Of a DNA stretch of 32,000 nucleotides, positions 19,396-29,107 are shown piece after piece. The notes under the pieces are model-generated. The model saw only the letters and a list, made by a program, of their open reading frames with translations. It was not told the DNA's origin and searched no databases. A program made the position numbers and the translations under genes. Every line of letters begins with the position of its first letter. The first letter of the stretch is position 1. Origin of the DNA: an unicellular cyanobacterium SU2 (GTDB lineage Bacteria; Cyanobacteriota; Cyanobacteriia; Cyanobacteriales; Microcystaceae); the NCBI GenBank assembly GCA_002110465.1, contig NEED01000023.1:621287-653286 (forward strand), given 5' to 3'.

Positions 19396-20418
19396 ATGAC
19401 TCAAACTTTATCAGTTCCTAAAAAAACAAATGTCTCCCTTCCTAAAAGAGGAATGCCTGTCACAATTATTACTGGATTTTTGGGAAGTGGAAAAACCACT
19501 TTACTTAATCATATTTTGACCAATAATAAACAGCTAAAGGTAGCCGTTTTGGTCAATGAATTCGGTGATATTGATATTGATAGTCAATTGTTAGTGTCAA
19601 TTGAAGAAAATATGGTTGCTCTCAGTAATGGTTGTATTTGTTGTACCATTAACGATAGCTTACTTGATTCAGTTTATCAGATTCTTGAACAAGCAGAAAA
19701 AATTGATTATTTAGTAGTTGAAACCACTGGAGTTGCCGATCCTCTTCCTATTGCTCTGACTTTTTTAAGTACGGAATTACGAGATCTTACTCGACTAGAT
19801 TCTATTTTAACCTTGGTGGATGCTGAGGCATTTACCCCTGAGCATTTTGAAAGCCAAGCAGCCTTGCGTCAAATTACTTATGGGGATATTATTATACTCA
19901 ACAAAACTGATTTAGTAGCTCCAGAAAAACTGAAAGTTATTGAAGAAGATCTAAATCGAATGAAATCAGGAGTAAAAATTATTCATAGTCAATATACTCA
20001 AGTTTCTCTTCCCTTAATTCTTGATATTGATGTGAATGATTCGGCCCTTTATTCAACAGCAGAAATTAGTGATCATGCCCATCATCACCACCACGATCAT
20101 GATCATGAACATCATCATCATTCCAATCATTTAATAGTAGATGGCTTTGTTTCTATTTCTTTTGAAAGCGATCGCCCCCTTATTGTCGAGAAATTTCAAA
20201 ACTTTTTAGTGGATGATGTGATGAGTAATGTTTTTCGCGCCAAAGGAATACTATGGTTCAAAGAAAGTCAATTACGCCATATTTTTCAACTGAGTGGAAA
20301 ACGCTACGATATGAACACCGATCAATGGCTTAAAGCACCTCAAAATCAATTAGTATTTATTGGGCGTAATTTAGATGAAGAGATGTTGAATAAAAAACTT
20401 AATCAATGTTTAGTTTAA
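19396..20418 (+). CDS. COG0523/CobW-family GTP-binding protein (putative metallochaperone)
   Basis: ITGFLGSGKTTLLNHIL Walker A, NGCICCTI (CxCC) motif, ILNKTD, and His-rich linker HAHHHHHDHDHEHHHHSNH. Confidence 0.93.
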   Translation: MTQTLSVPKKTNVSLPKRGMPVTIITGFLGSGKTTLLNHILTNNKQLKVAVLVNEFGDIDIDSQLLVSIEENMVALSNGCICCTINDSLLDSVYQILEQAEKIDYLVVETTGVADPLPIALTFLSTELRDLTRLDSILTLVDAEAFTPEHFESQAALRQITYGDIIILNKTDLVAPEKLKVIEEDLNRMKSGVKIIHSQYTQVSLPLILDIDVNDSALYSTAEISDHAHHHHHDHDHEHHHHSNHLIVDGFVSISFESDRPLIVEKFQNFLVDDVMSNVFRAKGILWFKESQLRHIFQLSGKRYDMNTDQWLKAPQNQLVFIGRNLDEEMLNKKLNQCLV

Positions 20419-20577
20419 TGATCAAGTAAAGCTAAGGAGAATAAAAGTTATTCTTGATCCTTTGTTATAGATTAACGATCAATAGACAACAGTTATTCAT
20501 TCTCCTAACCCGTTATATAAAATCAGTGACATCAAGTTTCTCTAATTAACTGATCTCAATATCAATGAAGTTGATCA

Positions 20578-21057
20578 TCAACTCACTGTTCCTCCACATT
20601 TTTTAATCATTGTATTAAGTCCATTCCAAATAGATGCAGCAGAAGCTGGAAAATTAGCTTCTATTAAGCGATATTCCAAGGTATTATTGTCTGGATCGAA
20701 ATTATAGTTAAGAGTTCCTGCAATCCAGGGATCAAAGGGGATAGTTGCCCAAAATTCAACTTTACCGCTATTTTCATCTAAGTATTTAGCATAACCTTGA
20801 TTGGTTTTATGAGTTCGTATACAAGTATTAAATTCCTCCTCTGTAATGTCTGTATATTGACGAGTTTCTTCAGCGAATACAGGATTGGATTTTACCATTA
20901 TTAAGAGACATCCTGATAAAGTAAGTAAGGCAAAAAAATGATAGGGAAAAAACATTGTTTTAAACTGAAACTTATTTTTAGATAAAGGCAAATTCTTCAT
21001 GAGTCTTAGTTTCCTATAATTAATATCGTCAACTAGCAAACTATAAGTCTGCTGCAT
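20578..21057 (-). CDS. hypothetical exported protein
   Basis: 159 aa with a hydrophobic segment HFFALLTLSGCLLIMV. The N-terminal 34 aa are likely over-extended; start probably at an internal Met (MFFPYHFF). Confidence 0.45.
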   Translation of the reverse strand: MQQTYSLLVDDINYRKLRLMKNLPLSKNKFQFKTMFFPYHFFALLTLSGCLLIMVKSNPVFAEETRQYTDITEEEFNTCIRTHKTNQGYAKYLDENSGKVEFWATIPFDPWIAGTLNYNFDPDNNTLEYRLIEANFPASAASIWNGLNTMIKKCGGTVS

Positions 21058-21380
21058 AATTTATAGCTTGTGTCTTTTGTTCGATATTTTAACCGATCTA
21101 TTAGATTAAGTTAAGTCAAATTTCCTGGAATGTCAGTCCCAAAAGAAAGGGAATTTAACTGATTAAGTTGATCATTATAGGGTAAATAAGTAGAAAATAA
21201 GGGAAAAGTTTAGGGAAAAAGTAGGCATTTTGATCAATGTTAAAATTATTTTAACTTAACTTGAGAGATAAATTAGATTACCTCAGTTAACGAACCATTG
21301 ACGATGTTCAACTCTCTGATTATTCTAGATGATAATTAAGGATAATTTTATGAGAAATTATGGTTAAGTTTAGTGAATTT

Positions 21381-21509
21381 ATGAGATTTGTTTTCCCAAT
21401 TCTCCTAGTTCTGGGTTTTCTCCTGTTAACCGGAGAATTTTTTGGCTTTATTTCCGTACTCTTTGGAGCCTTATGCTTTTGGTTTGTTTGGTTTAGAATT
21501 CTTAGCTAA
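21381..21509 (+). CDS. 42-aa hydrophobic small membrane protein (absent from the supplied ORF track)
   Basis: ATG 21381 to TAA 21509: MRFVFPILLVLGFLLLTGEFFGFISVLFGALCFWFVWFRILS. Confidence 0.45.
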   Translation: MRFVFPILLVLGFLLLTGEFFGFISVLFGALCFWFVWFRILS

Positions 21510-21622
21510 TTTCCACAGTAAGCTATCGAGTATCAATCTTAAGATTCAAAAAAACTAGAATTGCATGGTTTTTCTATTCTTCCAACCAAGATATCTCGCT
21601 AAGATCCCAAAAGAACTCGTTT

Positions 21623-21994
21623 TTATCCTGCTTTACTCAATAATTCCTTCACAGTTTCAATCAACTGATCAGGAGGAAAAGGCTTGACAATATAGGCATC
21701 TGCCCCTTGTTTGCGTCCCCAATAGTGATCAACTTCAGTATTTTTAGTCGAACAAAGAATGACCGGAATATGCTGAGTGTTGGGATCAGACTTAAGATGA
21801 CGACAAACTTGATAGCCGTTCAGTTCAGGCATGACCACATCTAAGATAATGAGATCAAAAGCAGTTTCCTTGACTTTTTCTAAAGCTTGAGAGCCATCGT
21901 TAGCTGTCCTTACAGAAAAGCCACTATCGGTAAGTAGCTCAGCAATTAATTCACGCTGAGCGGTACTATCATCGGTAACTAAAATGGTAGTCAT
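21623..21994 (-). CDS. single-domain CheY-like response regulator (PilH-like)
   Basis: ILVTDDSTAQRELIAELL, phospho-Asp LIILDVVMPELNGYQVCRHLK, KPFPPDQLIETV. Confidence 0.88.
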   Translation of the reverse strand: MTTILVTDDSTAQRELIAELLTDSGFSVRTANDGSQALEKVKETAFDLIILDVVMPELNGYQVCRHLKSDPNTQHIPVILCSTKNTEVDHYWGRKQGADAYIVKPFPPDQLIETVKELLSKAG

Positions 21995-22224
21995 TAGGCA
22001 ATGATTTTGAGATCAGGTAAGTAACTTTGTCGCTTAAAACGTTGATGGTTGTCACGATTATGACCAGGGGGGATCAGTTAGGGCTAGAAAAAGCAACTGA
22101 TTAAGTCCTACAAAAACTAGGTTCCTTTGACTAGGATACCCGTAAACTTGCCCCTATTTTTCATTTTCTGACTAAAACATAGTTGCGCGATCATTCAGTT
22201 GTGTTCCCTTGGGAATAGCTAGTT

Positions 22225-23241
22225 CTATGGGACTTGAGATGACTGATACGCCGCATCAGCGACTTTGAGAGCATATAGACTTGATTTGGGCTTAACATAG
22301 AGAGGGGTTCGGTCAAAGAGATAATTTAAAACTTGTTGAGTATCTTGGGCAAATAAACCGCGACGACTTCCTAATTTAATCGTTTGAGTGCCTTCTTGTG
22401 TGATCAATGTCCCCACATCACCAACAAAACTTAACGTTCCGCGATCGCCATATAATTCAAAGGTACGCTCACTTTTCCAGAAGACTTCTCCTTTTGCGTA
22501 AACTAAATCGACCCTTAGTCCATCATTAAACTGTAATTGAGCATCACATAAACAAGCACTAAAATATTCATCTTCTGAAGCATCCCAATAGCGAGCGTTA
22601 GATGATACAGTTTTTACCACTCCAAATAAATCAGTAAAGCGATGAATCCGGGGTAAGGCCGCTATCAAAGGAAACCCGAACATCTGTCGATGGTAAGTCC
22701 AACGACGGGGAGCAGGGTGTTTAGGGGCAATTGTTGTATAACGACCATAGAAAACCTGACCTAATTGGGGAAGATATTGACGAATTTTTTGGTGCATTTC
22801 CCCTAAAATTTCAATATGTTCAATATGTAGGAGTTTTCCTTGTTGAGTGGCTAAGGTCAATAACTCAGACCCTTCAGAGAAATTTAGGGCTAGGGGATAC
22901 TCTACGATCACGTGCTTTCGATTTTGAAGGGCAGTACGAGCGATCGCACCATGATCACGATTAATGGTACAAATCACCACTAAATCGACTTCTTGACTAT
23001 TAACCAATGCTTCCCAAGACTCACAAAAAGAAACTCCGTAGGTTTGACAGAAGGTGGCCACCTTTTCTGGGGTATGACCTGTCACATAACACAGTTGCGA
23101 TCGCTCATCTCTAACCAAGGTTTCTGCTCGTCTTTGGGCTGCGTATCCTGTGCCAATAATGCCTACTTTTAGGGGGGATGCTCCTGAAACTCTCATTGTT
23201 GTGGAATTCATTGTTTCTCGTTTCGTTGTCTCTAAGTACAA
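22225..23241 (-). CDS. bvdR: biliverdin reductase (Gfo/Idh/MocA fold)
   Basis: VGIIGTGYAAQRRAETL, HVIVEYPLALNF, LLHIEHIEILGEMHQKIRQYLPQLGQVFYGRYTTI, APRRWTYHRQMFGFPLIAALPRIHRFTDLFG match recalled cyanobacterial BvdR. Start may be the internal Met at MNSTTMRV. Confidence 0.88.
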   Translation of the reverse strand: MYLETTKRETMNSTTMRVSGASPLKVGIIGTGYAAQRRAETLVRDERSQLCYVTGHTPEKVATFCQTYGVSFCESWEALVNSQEVDLVVICTINRDHGAIARTALQNRKHVIVEYPLALNFSEGSELLTLATQQGKLLHIEHIEILGEMHQKIRQYLPQLGQVFYGRYTTIAPKHPAPRRWTYHRQMFGFPLIAALPRIHRFTDLFGVVKTVSSNARYWDASEDEYFSACLCDAQLQFNDGLRVDLVYAKGEVFWKSERTFELYGDRGTLSFVGDVGTLITQEGTQTIKLGSRRGLFAQDTQQVLNYLFDRTPLYVKPKSSLYALKVADAAYQSSQVP

Positions 23242-23504
23242 ATCATCAATGATAATTATAAATATAATTAATACTAATATATTAAGGATTTTGAGGATAT
23301 GATTCCCTATTGCTCAATTCATTCAATCACCATCAACATTAGATAATAAGGCTTTTAACTCTGACTCAATCCCAAAAACTTTCCTGGGTCACAAAACATA
23401 AGTAAAACTTATTTTAAGTTTATTTAATAATCTCATTACTAATCCCTGTCTAACTCTGGAGCTTTTTCCCTTAGTATCAGAAATGAAGCTTACAACAATC
23501 TTAA

Positions 23505-23849
<345 letters not shown>

Positions 23850-23984
23850 TTCATAAATCACAGTTGCAAGCCCATTAATTCAGAGTAATCAATTATAGCA
23901 GGGATATAATTAGCTTTATTCCCTGCTTTATTATTTTTTTACATTCACTTGGTACAGATTTTAGAGATCGACGTAAAGCTAGAG

Positions 23985-24473
23985 ATGAGAAAAAGAGTCA
24001 TTGGGGTGATGGGGCCTGGTGAAAAAGCTACTGTAGGTGATCAAAAAAATGCCTATCGATTGGGGCAATTAATTGCTCAACAAGGGTGGGTATTATTAAC
24101 AGGGGGACGAAATATAGGAGTAATGGACTCAGCTAGTCGAGGGGCTAAAGAATCACAAGGGTTAACCATCGGAATTTTGCCATCTCACAAGACTGACGAG
24201 GTTTCAGATGCAGTAGATATAGCCATTGTGACGGATTTAGGGAATGCTCGTAATAATATTAATGTTCTTTCATCGGATGTGATAATTGCTTGTGGGATGG
24301 GATTAGGAACAGCTTCTGAAGTCGCCCTAGCTTTAAAAAACAGCAAACCCGTTATTCTGTTAACCGACCATCTTCAAAGTCAACAATTTTTTACGGGTTT
24401 ATCAGAGGATCTTGTTTCTATTGCATCAAGTCCTGAAAGCGTTATTGAATTAATTAAAATCCTTACTCCTTAG
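23985..24473 (+). CDS. TIGR00725-type / SLOG-fold (LOG-like) protein
   Basis: RVIGVMGPGEKAT, VLLTGGRNIGVMDSASRGAKESQGLTIGILPS. The track start at 23949 is a TTG; the ATG at 23985 (MRKRVIGVMG) gives a more plausible start. Confidence 0.78.
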   Translation: MRKRVIGVMGPGEKATVGDQKNAYRLGQLIAQQGWVLLTGGRNIGVMDSASRGAKESQGLTIGILPSHKTDEVSDAVDIAIVTDLGNARNNINVLSSDVIIACGMGLGTASEVALALKNSKPVILLTDHLQSQQFFTGLSEDLVSIASSPESVIELIKILTP

Positions 24474-24659
24474 TTGGCTTAGTTGGCACGGGGATGTTAT
24501 GTAAATTTTCAACCTAAGAGGGAGAAGGTGTAAGTGCCCATTGATCTATCTCATGTTTCCCTAGAAAAGATGTACGCCAATTACCTTTGTCAGTTGATCC
24601 CAATTGGATGTAGCATGATTCAAAGTATATAAAATTAAAATTGGATAAATCCAGCCTGA

Positions 24660-25004
24660 TTGATTATGCTGTCAGTTAGTGATCAAAATTTTTCTCGCTT
24701 TGTTTTAGAATCCCCCCAACCGATACTCGTCCACTTTTGGGCGCCTTGGTGTGGCTTATGTCATTTGATTCCCCCTCTATTGTCTAAAGTTCAGTCAGAA
24801 TGGGAGGGAAATCTACAGTTCGTTAGTGTTAATGCTGATGACAATTTTAGATTAGCCAATACCTATCGAATCAAAAACCTTCCTACCCTGATTATTTTTG
24901 CTCAGGGACAAATTATTTATCGGATTGAGGATTTTCGGGGACGAGACGATATTCTCAAAAGTCTACAAAAAATTAAATTTAATCAATTGGCACAATCTGC
25001 TTAA
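24660..25004 (+). CDS. thioredoxin-domain protein with CGLC active site
   Basis: ILVHFWAPWCGLCHLIPPLLSKV, VNADDNFRLANTYRIKNLPTLIIF. TTG start in the track; ATG 24666 is an alternative. Confidence 0.88.
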   Translation: MIMLSVSDQNFSRFVLESPQPILVHFWAPWCGLCHLIPPLLSKVQSEWEGNLQFVSVNADDNFRLANTYRIKNLPTLIIFAQGQIIYRIEDFRGRDDILKSLQKIKFNQLAQSA

Positions 25005-25039
25005 ATAGTCGATTACATCGTAGTTGAGTAATAGATATA

Positions 25040-25064
25040 GGCGCGATCGCTATGCCATCGCGCC
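25040..25064. repeat. HIP1-containing hairpin downstream of thioredoxin gene
   Basis: GGCGCGAT(25040-25047)-CGCTATGCC-ATCGCGCC(25057-25064), perfect 8-bp stem containing the GCGATCGC octamer (25043-25050). Confidence 0.75.
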
Positions 25065-25198
25065 CCGAATTCTTGAAAAAAAATAAGATTTTAATGCCCC
25101 TAAAACTCAGGAGAACATAACACATATAGCTCAAGATGGGAGAATTAAGTAACAATAATCATAGTGCCAATTCTGAATAACTCGTTAGGGGAACCTCA

Positions 25199-25459
25199 AT
25201 GATTAGACTCGAACAAGTTGAAGTAATGATTAAAGAAAAACTACCCGATGCTCAAGTAATTATTAGAGATATGAAAGGGGGAGGGGATCACCTAGAAGCT
25301 TTCGTTGTCTCGGCTGAATTTGAAGGAAAAACCCGAGTTAAGCAACATCAACTCGTGTATAGCGCACTCCAAGAAGCTCTAGATTCGGAAGCGATTCATG
25401 CCCTAGCCTTAAAAACCTATACCCCTCAAGGCTGGGAAGCTGCACAACAAACTGTCTAA
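25199..25459 (+). CDS. BolA family protein
   Basis: [55 protein letters not shown]...[12 protein letters not shown]. Confidence 0.93.
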   Translation: MIRLEQVEVMIKEKLPDAQVIIRDMKGGGDHLEAFVVSAEFEGKTRVKQHQLVYSALQEALDSEAIHALALKTYTPQGWEAAQQTV

Positions 25460-25563
25460 GCTAAAATAAACAACAAACAGGAGTTAATCTCCATTGTTCC
25501 CTGTAATCATTCGTTGATTTCGGAAGTTTTCTTCCCTAAAACCTGTCATTTATTTATTTCGGA

Positions 25564-25893
25564 GTGTTTATGACACCAGAACTTAAAGAGCGTATTGATC
25601 AATTAGTCAACAGCCATCCAATCTTTGTGTTTATGAAGGGAGCGAAATTAATGCCCCAGTGTGGCTTTTCTAATAATGTTGTCCAAATTCTCAATACCCT
25701 AGGGGTTCCCTATGAAACTTTTGATGTTTTAGCAGACCCTGAAATCCGCCAAGGGATCAAAGAATATTCTAACTGGCCGACAATTCCCCAAGTGTATGTC
25801 AATGGGGAATTCATTGGGGGTTGCGATATTATGATTGAAATGTATCAAAATGGCGAATTGCAGCAAATGGTTGAAGTTGCTTTAGCTTCTTAA
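25564..25893 (+). CDS. grxD: monothiol (CGFS-type) glutaredoxin, Grx4 family
   Basis: [69 protein letters not shown]. Confidence 0.96.
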   Translation: MFMTPELKERIDQLVNSHPIFVFMKGAKLMPQCGFSNNVVQILNTLGVPYETFDVLADPEIRQGIKEYSNWPTIPQVYVNGEFIGGCDIMIEMYQNGELQQMVEVALAS

Positions 25894-25904
25894 AAAAATA
25901 AGAC

Positions 25905-25932
25905 AAGGGGAGACGCGAAGCTCCCCTCCTTA
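25905..25932. terminator. bidirectional terminator-like hairpin between convergent genes
   Basis: GGGGAG(25907-25912)-ACGCGAAG-CTCCCC(25921-25926), located between the grxD stop and the convergent 25952..26200 ORF. Confidence 0.5.
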
Positions 25933-25951
25933 ATTCAAGTTGAACTCTAGA

Positions 25952-26200
25952 TTAATAGTAATCAGGTTCGGTTTGTAATTGTGTAAGTGCAAAATTAGAA
26001 GGATCACGCAAAAAACTCCACGCTTCTTCTTCTAAATGATGAATAAGATAAGGTTCCAATGTGTTGGAGTAGCGCAGACAAGCGAGGTATCCATCCATAT
26101 AAGATTGGATTTCATCATAGCGACGACCTCGATGCCACAAGTCGACCATGCCATCAGTTAGGTTCTGGTAGTAACGAATCACTTGGGTATCTTGAAGCAT
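25952..26200 (-). CDS. conserved cyanobacterial hypothetical protein (82 aa)
   Basis: Complete compact ORF MLQDTQVIRYYQNLTDGMVDLWHRGRRYDEIQSYMDGYLACLRYSNTLEPYLIHHLEEEAWSFLRDPSNF. Confidence 0.65.
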   Translation of the reverse strand: MLQDTQVIRYYQNLTDGMVDLWHRGRRYDEIQSYMDGYLACLRYSNTLEPYLIHHLEEEAWSFLRDPSNFALTQLQTEPDYY

Positions 26201-26524
26201 GAGATAACATTGAGATAGTTTATAGAGGGTTAATTAAAAGATCAGCTTAATTTTAATGAAGACCTGCTTGACTAAGCAAGGAAAATTGACAATTAGCTTA
26301 AGTCACTTAGGGGAATTATTAAGTGCTAATTCTATTGTAACCCCTTCATTTTTTAAAGTTAAGGATTAATCAATTATATATTTTTCAAACCCAAAAAACA
26401 CCCTCAACGAATTCTTAAGAATTTCTTCGGAAGTGGACAAAAATGCCGTAGCAGATGTTACAAATTCTTGACATTGTCTCTGTTAGCCTTATGGGTGTTT
26501 ATTTTAAAAGGAATCTAAACTAAG

Positions 26525-27340
26525 GTGAATCTGATTTATATTGCTATCGTTGAGGGGAATCCTCACCTGCGATCGCTTTTGGGTTGGCACTTGCAGCAAG
26601 CGGGTTACATGGCTCAGCAATGCGCGAATCTCCAGCAAGCTCGTAATGCTTTCGTTCATCGCTTGCCTTCCTTAGTTATCCTCGACTCCGACCTTCCTGA
26701 TGGAGATGGGATAGAATTGTGTCAATGGCTGCATAATCAGAAGCAGTCCCTGATTTTGATTCTCTCTGCTCGTAACAGCGAAAAAGATATCGTTCGAGGA
26801 CTGAACGCCGGAGCCGATGATTATCTGAGTAAGCCCTTTGGGATGCAAGAATTTATGGCAAGGGTTGAAGCCCTGATTAGGCGTTTACGGGTGGCTTCTG
26901 CTCCTCTGTATCTTGATTACGGGGATTTAAAAATTGATTTAGTTCAGCGTCGCGTACAATACCGAGGGGATTTTGTAGACCTAACTCCCCAGGAATTTAG
27001 TTTGTTATATGTTCTGGCTCAAGCAGAAGGCAATCCCTTGAGTCGTTCCGAACTATTACAAAGAGCTTGGCCTGAAGCCATTGATAATCCACGAACCATT
27101 GATACCCATGTTCTTTCCTTACGAAAGAAAATTGAAACCGATCCTCGACAACCGAGCCTCATTCAAACCGTTCGCAACGTCGGCTATCGCTTTAATTCAG
27201 AAGTGCTGTACGATGCGTCAGCGTCTCCTGCCGCTCCTCCGATTGGCACTCAAGTGAGTCCCAAAAGTTCGAGTCCCATGGCTGTTGATAGTCATGATCC
27301 CCACCGCTCGAATATCCACTCAACGTCTTTGATTAAATAA
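26525..27340 (+). CDS. OmpR/PhoB-family two-component response regulator (GTG start)
   Basis: Receiver domain (LVILDSDLPDGDGIELC, GADDYLSKPFG) plus winged-helix (DLTPQEFSLLYVLAQAEGNPLSRSELLQRAW...IDTHVLSLRKKIE...VRNVGYRF). Confidence 0.93.
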   Translation: MNLIYIAIVEGNPHLRSLLGWHLQQAGYMAQQCANLQQARNAFVHRLPSLVILDSDLPDGDGIELCQWLHNQKQSLILILSARNSEKDIVRGLNAGADDYLSKPFGMQEFMARVEALIRRLRVASAPLYLDYGDLKIDLVQRRVQYRGDFVDLTPQEFSLLYVLAQAEGNPLSRSELLQRAWPEAIDNPRTIDTHVLSLRKKIETDPRQPSLIQTVRNVGYRFNSEVLYDASASPAAPPIGTQVSPKSSSPMAVDSHDPHRSNIHSTSLIK

Positions 27341-27388
27341 GGGATAGGTCACAAATGGTATTGATGGGCAACGTTGGTCAGACACCGA

Positions 27389-28894
27389 TTAGCTGTTGCT
27401 GTCAATTTGTCGGACTGCCGTCAATGCTGAATAACTAACCCCTGCGGTTCCTTCCCCTGGATGGGTAGAATCTCCCACTAACCAAAGATGATTGACAGGG
27501 GTTCGAGTCGCAATCCCAAAAGGACCAAAAGTAGAAACCCGTTGACCAATTCCACCAACAACCCCCTTATCTCTAGCGGTAAAGCGAGCAAACGTACAAG
27601 GCGTAGCCCCTTCTTGGTGGATAATAGTGGTTGGGGTGAGATGGAAATAGGCACTTAAACGGGCGATCGCCTCTGCCATATATTGTTGCTTTAGGCTTTG
27701 ATAAGCTTCTGGGGTTCTATCGAACCAAATTTGAGGATCAGTAAACGAAGAAGCAATGATGGTGGCTTTTCCCTCAGGGGCCCGTCCATCTCCTGGTTGA
27801 CTGACAGAAACAAACAGAGAATTATTCTCCCCAATCGGACTATTATGATCATAAAGAAATTGTAAATGGGGAGAACAGTCTTCGGGAATTGCTTGACAAT
27901 CAACACCTAAATAGACCACAAATGCCCCTGATGGTTGGGGAAGTTTTTCGACACGGTTTTGATAAAGTTTCCAGAAGGGAGAAGGGGAAATATCTAATAA
28001 TTTGACTAGATTTTGAACAGTGACATTAGCAACGACATGATGGGCGGCTTCTGTCCAAGTTTTTCCAGTTTTCTGATGGCGGATAGTGACTTGTGTCACA
28101 TGGTTATTCTGGGTGTGAATTTGTTCAATACTATGGCCTAGTTTGAGTTTTCCTCCATGTTTTTCTAAGGCTTCTACTAGGCGATCGCTTAATACTTGCA
28201 TACTTCCGTGAAGATGGGATAGTCCTTGGGGAGCTTGGGAAACTCCTAACGCAGTAGCAGCATACAATAAGGCCGTTTCATCAGCAGTCACTTGGGAATA
28301 AAGCTTTAATTGTAAGTCGAGAAAGGTTTTAAGCCGTTGATCATCTTTTATTCCATACAAGCGTAAAGCATCTCCCACGGTCATTAAAGTAAAGGGAACT
28401 GTGACCAATGTATCTAAGCGCAACGCAGAAATTAATTGCCAGAGATCCCAACTATTTCGCGGCGGTAAAACGGGATCTCGTCCTTGGAACTTCCAACTAG
28501 CACGGAATAATTTAGCCATCAATTGCCAAAACGGTTCACTTCCCGGAAACTGTTTTTGTCTTTCACGTTGCCATTGTTGGGGATCTCGCCAGACTTTAAT
28601 GGGTTCGGTTTCTCCTGGTAAAAAGACGGCACAAGCAGGATTACAGGGGGTGGCCAGAGGAAGATCTACTCCTAATTCCTCAAAAATTCGCTGGTGAATG
28701 CCCCCAGGTTCTAACCCTGCAACTTGGGTTGCACCAACATCGAAGGTAAACCCCCGTCGCTTAAAGGTAGACGCGCATCCCCCAGGAACCCATGCTTGCT
28801 CATAAATAGTGACATCATATCCCCGACAGGCTAATAAAGCCCCTGCGGTTAATCCTCCAATTCCTGCTCCAATGACGATAATAGGATCTGCCAT
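27389..28894 (-). CDS. crtD: carotenoid desaturase/isomerase-type FAD oxidoreductase, probably C-3',4' desaturase CrtD
   Basis: IIVIGAGIGGLTAGALLACRGYDVTIYEQAWVPGGCASTFKRRGFTFDVGATQVAGLEPGGIH; C-terminal LWLVGDSTHPGEGTAGVSYSALTAV. CrtD assignment rests on recalled family resemblance. Confidence 0.75.
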   Translation of the reverse strand: MADPIIVIGAGIGGLTAGALLACRGYDVTIYEQAWVPGGCASTFKRRGFTFDVGATQVAGLEPGGIHQRIFEELGVDLPLATPCNPACAVFLPGETEPIKVWRDPQQWQRERQKQFPGSEPFWQLMAKLFRASWKFQGRDPVLPPRNSWDLWQLISALRLDTLVTVPFTLMTVGDALRLYGIKDDQRLKTFLDLQLKLYSQVTADETALLYAATALGVSQAPQGLSHLHGSMQVLSDRLVEALEKHGGKLKLGHSIEQIHTQNNHVTQVTIRHQKTGKTWTEAAHHVVANVTVQNLVKLLDISPSPFWKLYQNRVEKLPQPSGAFVVYLGVDCQAIPEDCSPHLQFLYDHNSPIGENNSLFVSVSQPGDGRAPEGKATIIASSFTDPQIWFDRTPEAYQSLKQQYMAEAIARLSAYFHLTPTTIIHQEGATPCTFARFTARDKGVVGGIGQRVSTFGPFGIATRTPVNHLWLVGDSTHPGEGTAGVSYSALTAVRQIDSNS

Positions 28895-29107
28895 GGTTGC
28901 TCGATTTACATTTCTTAATATGTCCTGTTATGATTGTAACGTTTTCTTAATATTGTTCCCTTCTCCAACAATGGGTTGATGTTTCCCCACCCACTTATCT
29001 AAGTACGCTGATTCCCAAATCTCACGATAACTTAAAGAAGAGTTGAAGATAAGTTTTGATCAAAGCCACAACCTTAGCATAATAGCTGTAGTAGAACCCA
29101 GAAGCCA

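Noticed and set aside
22731-22964. Track ORF on + strand
   Set aside because: Antisense to bvdR.
26525-27340. Naming the response regulator NblR or RpaB
   Set aside because: The OmpR/PhoB class is clear, but I cannot distinguish the orthologous subgroup from the sequence alone.
27691-28697. Track ORFs 27691..27906 (-) and 28401..28697 (+)
   Set aside because: Both lie inside the crtD-like CDS in other frames.
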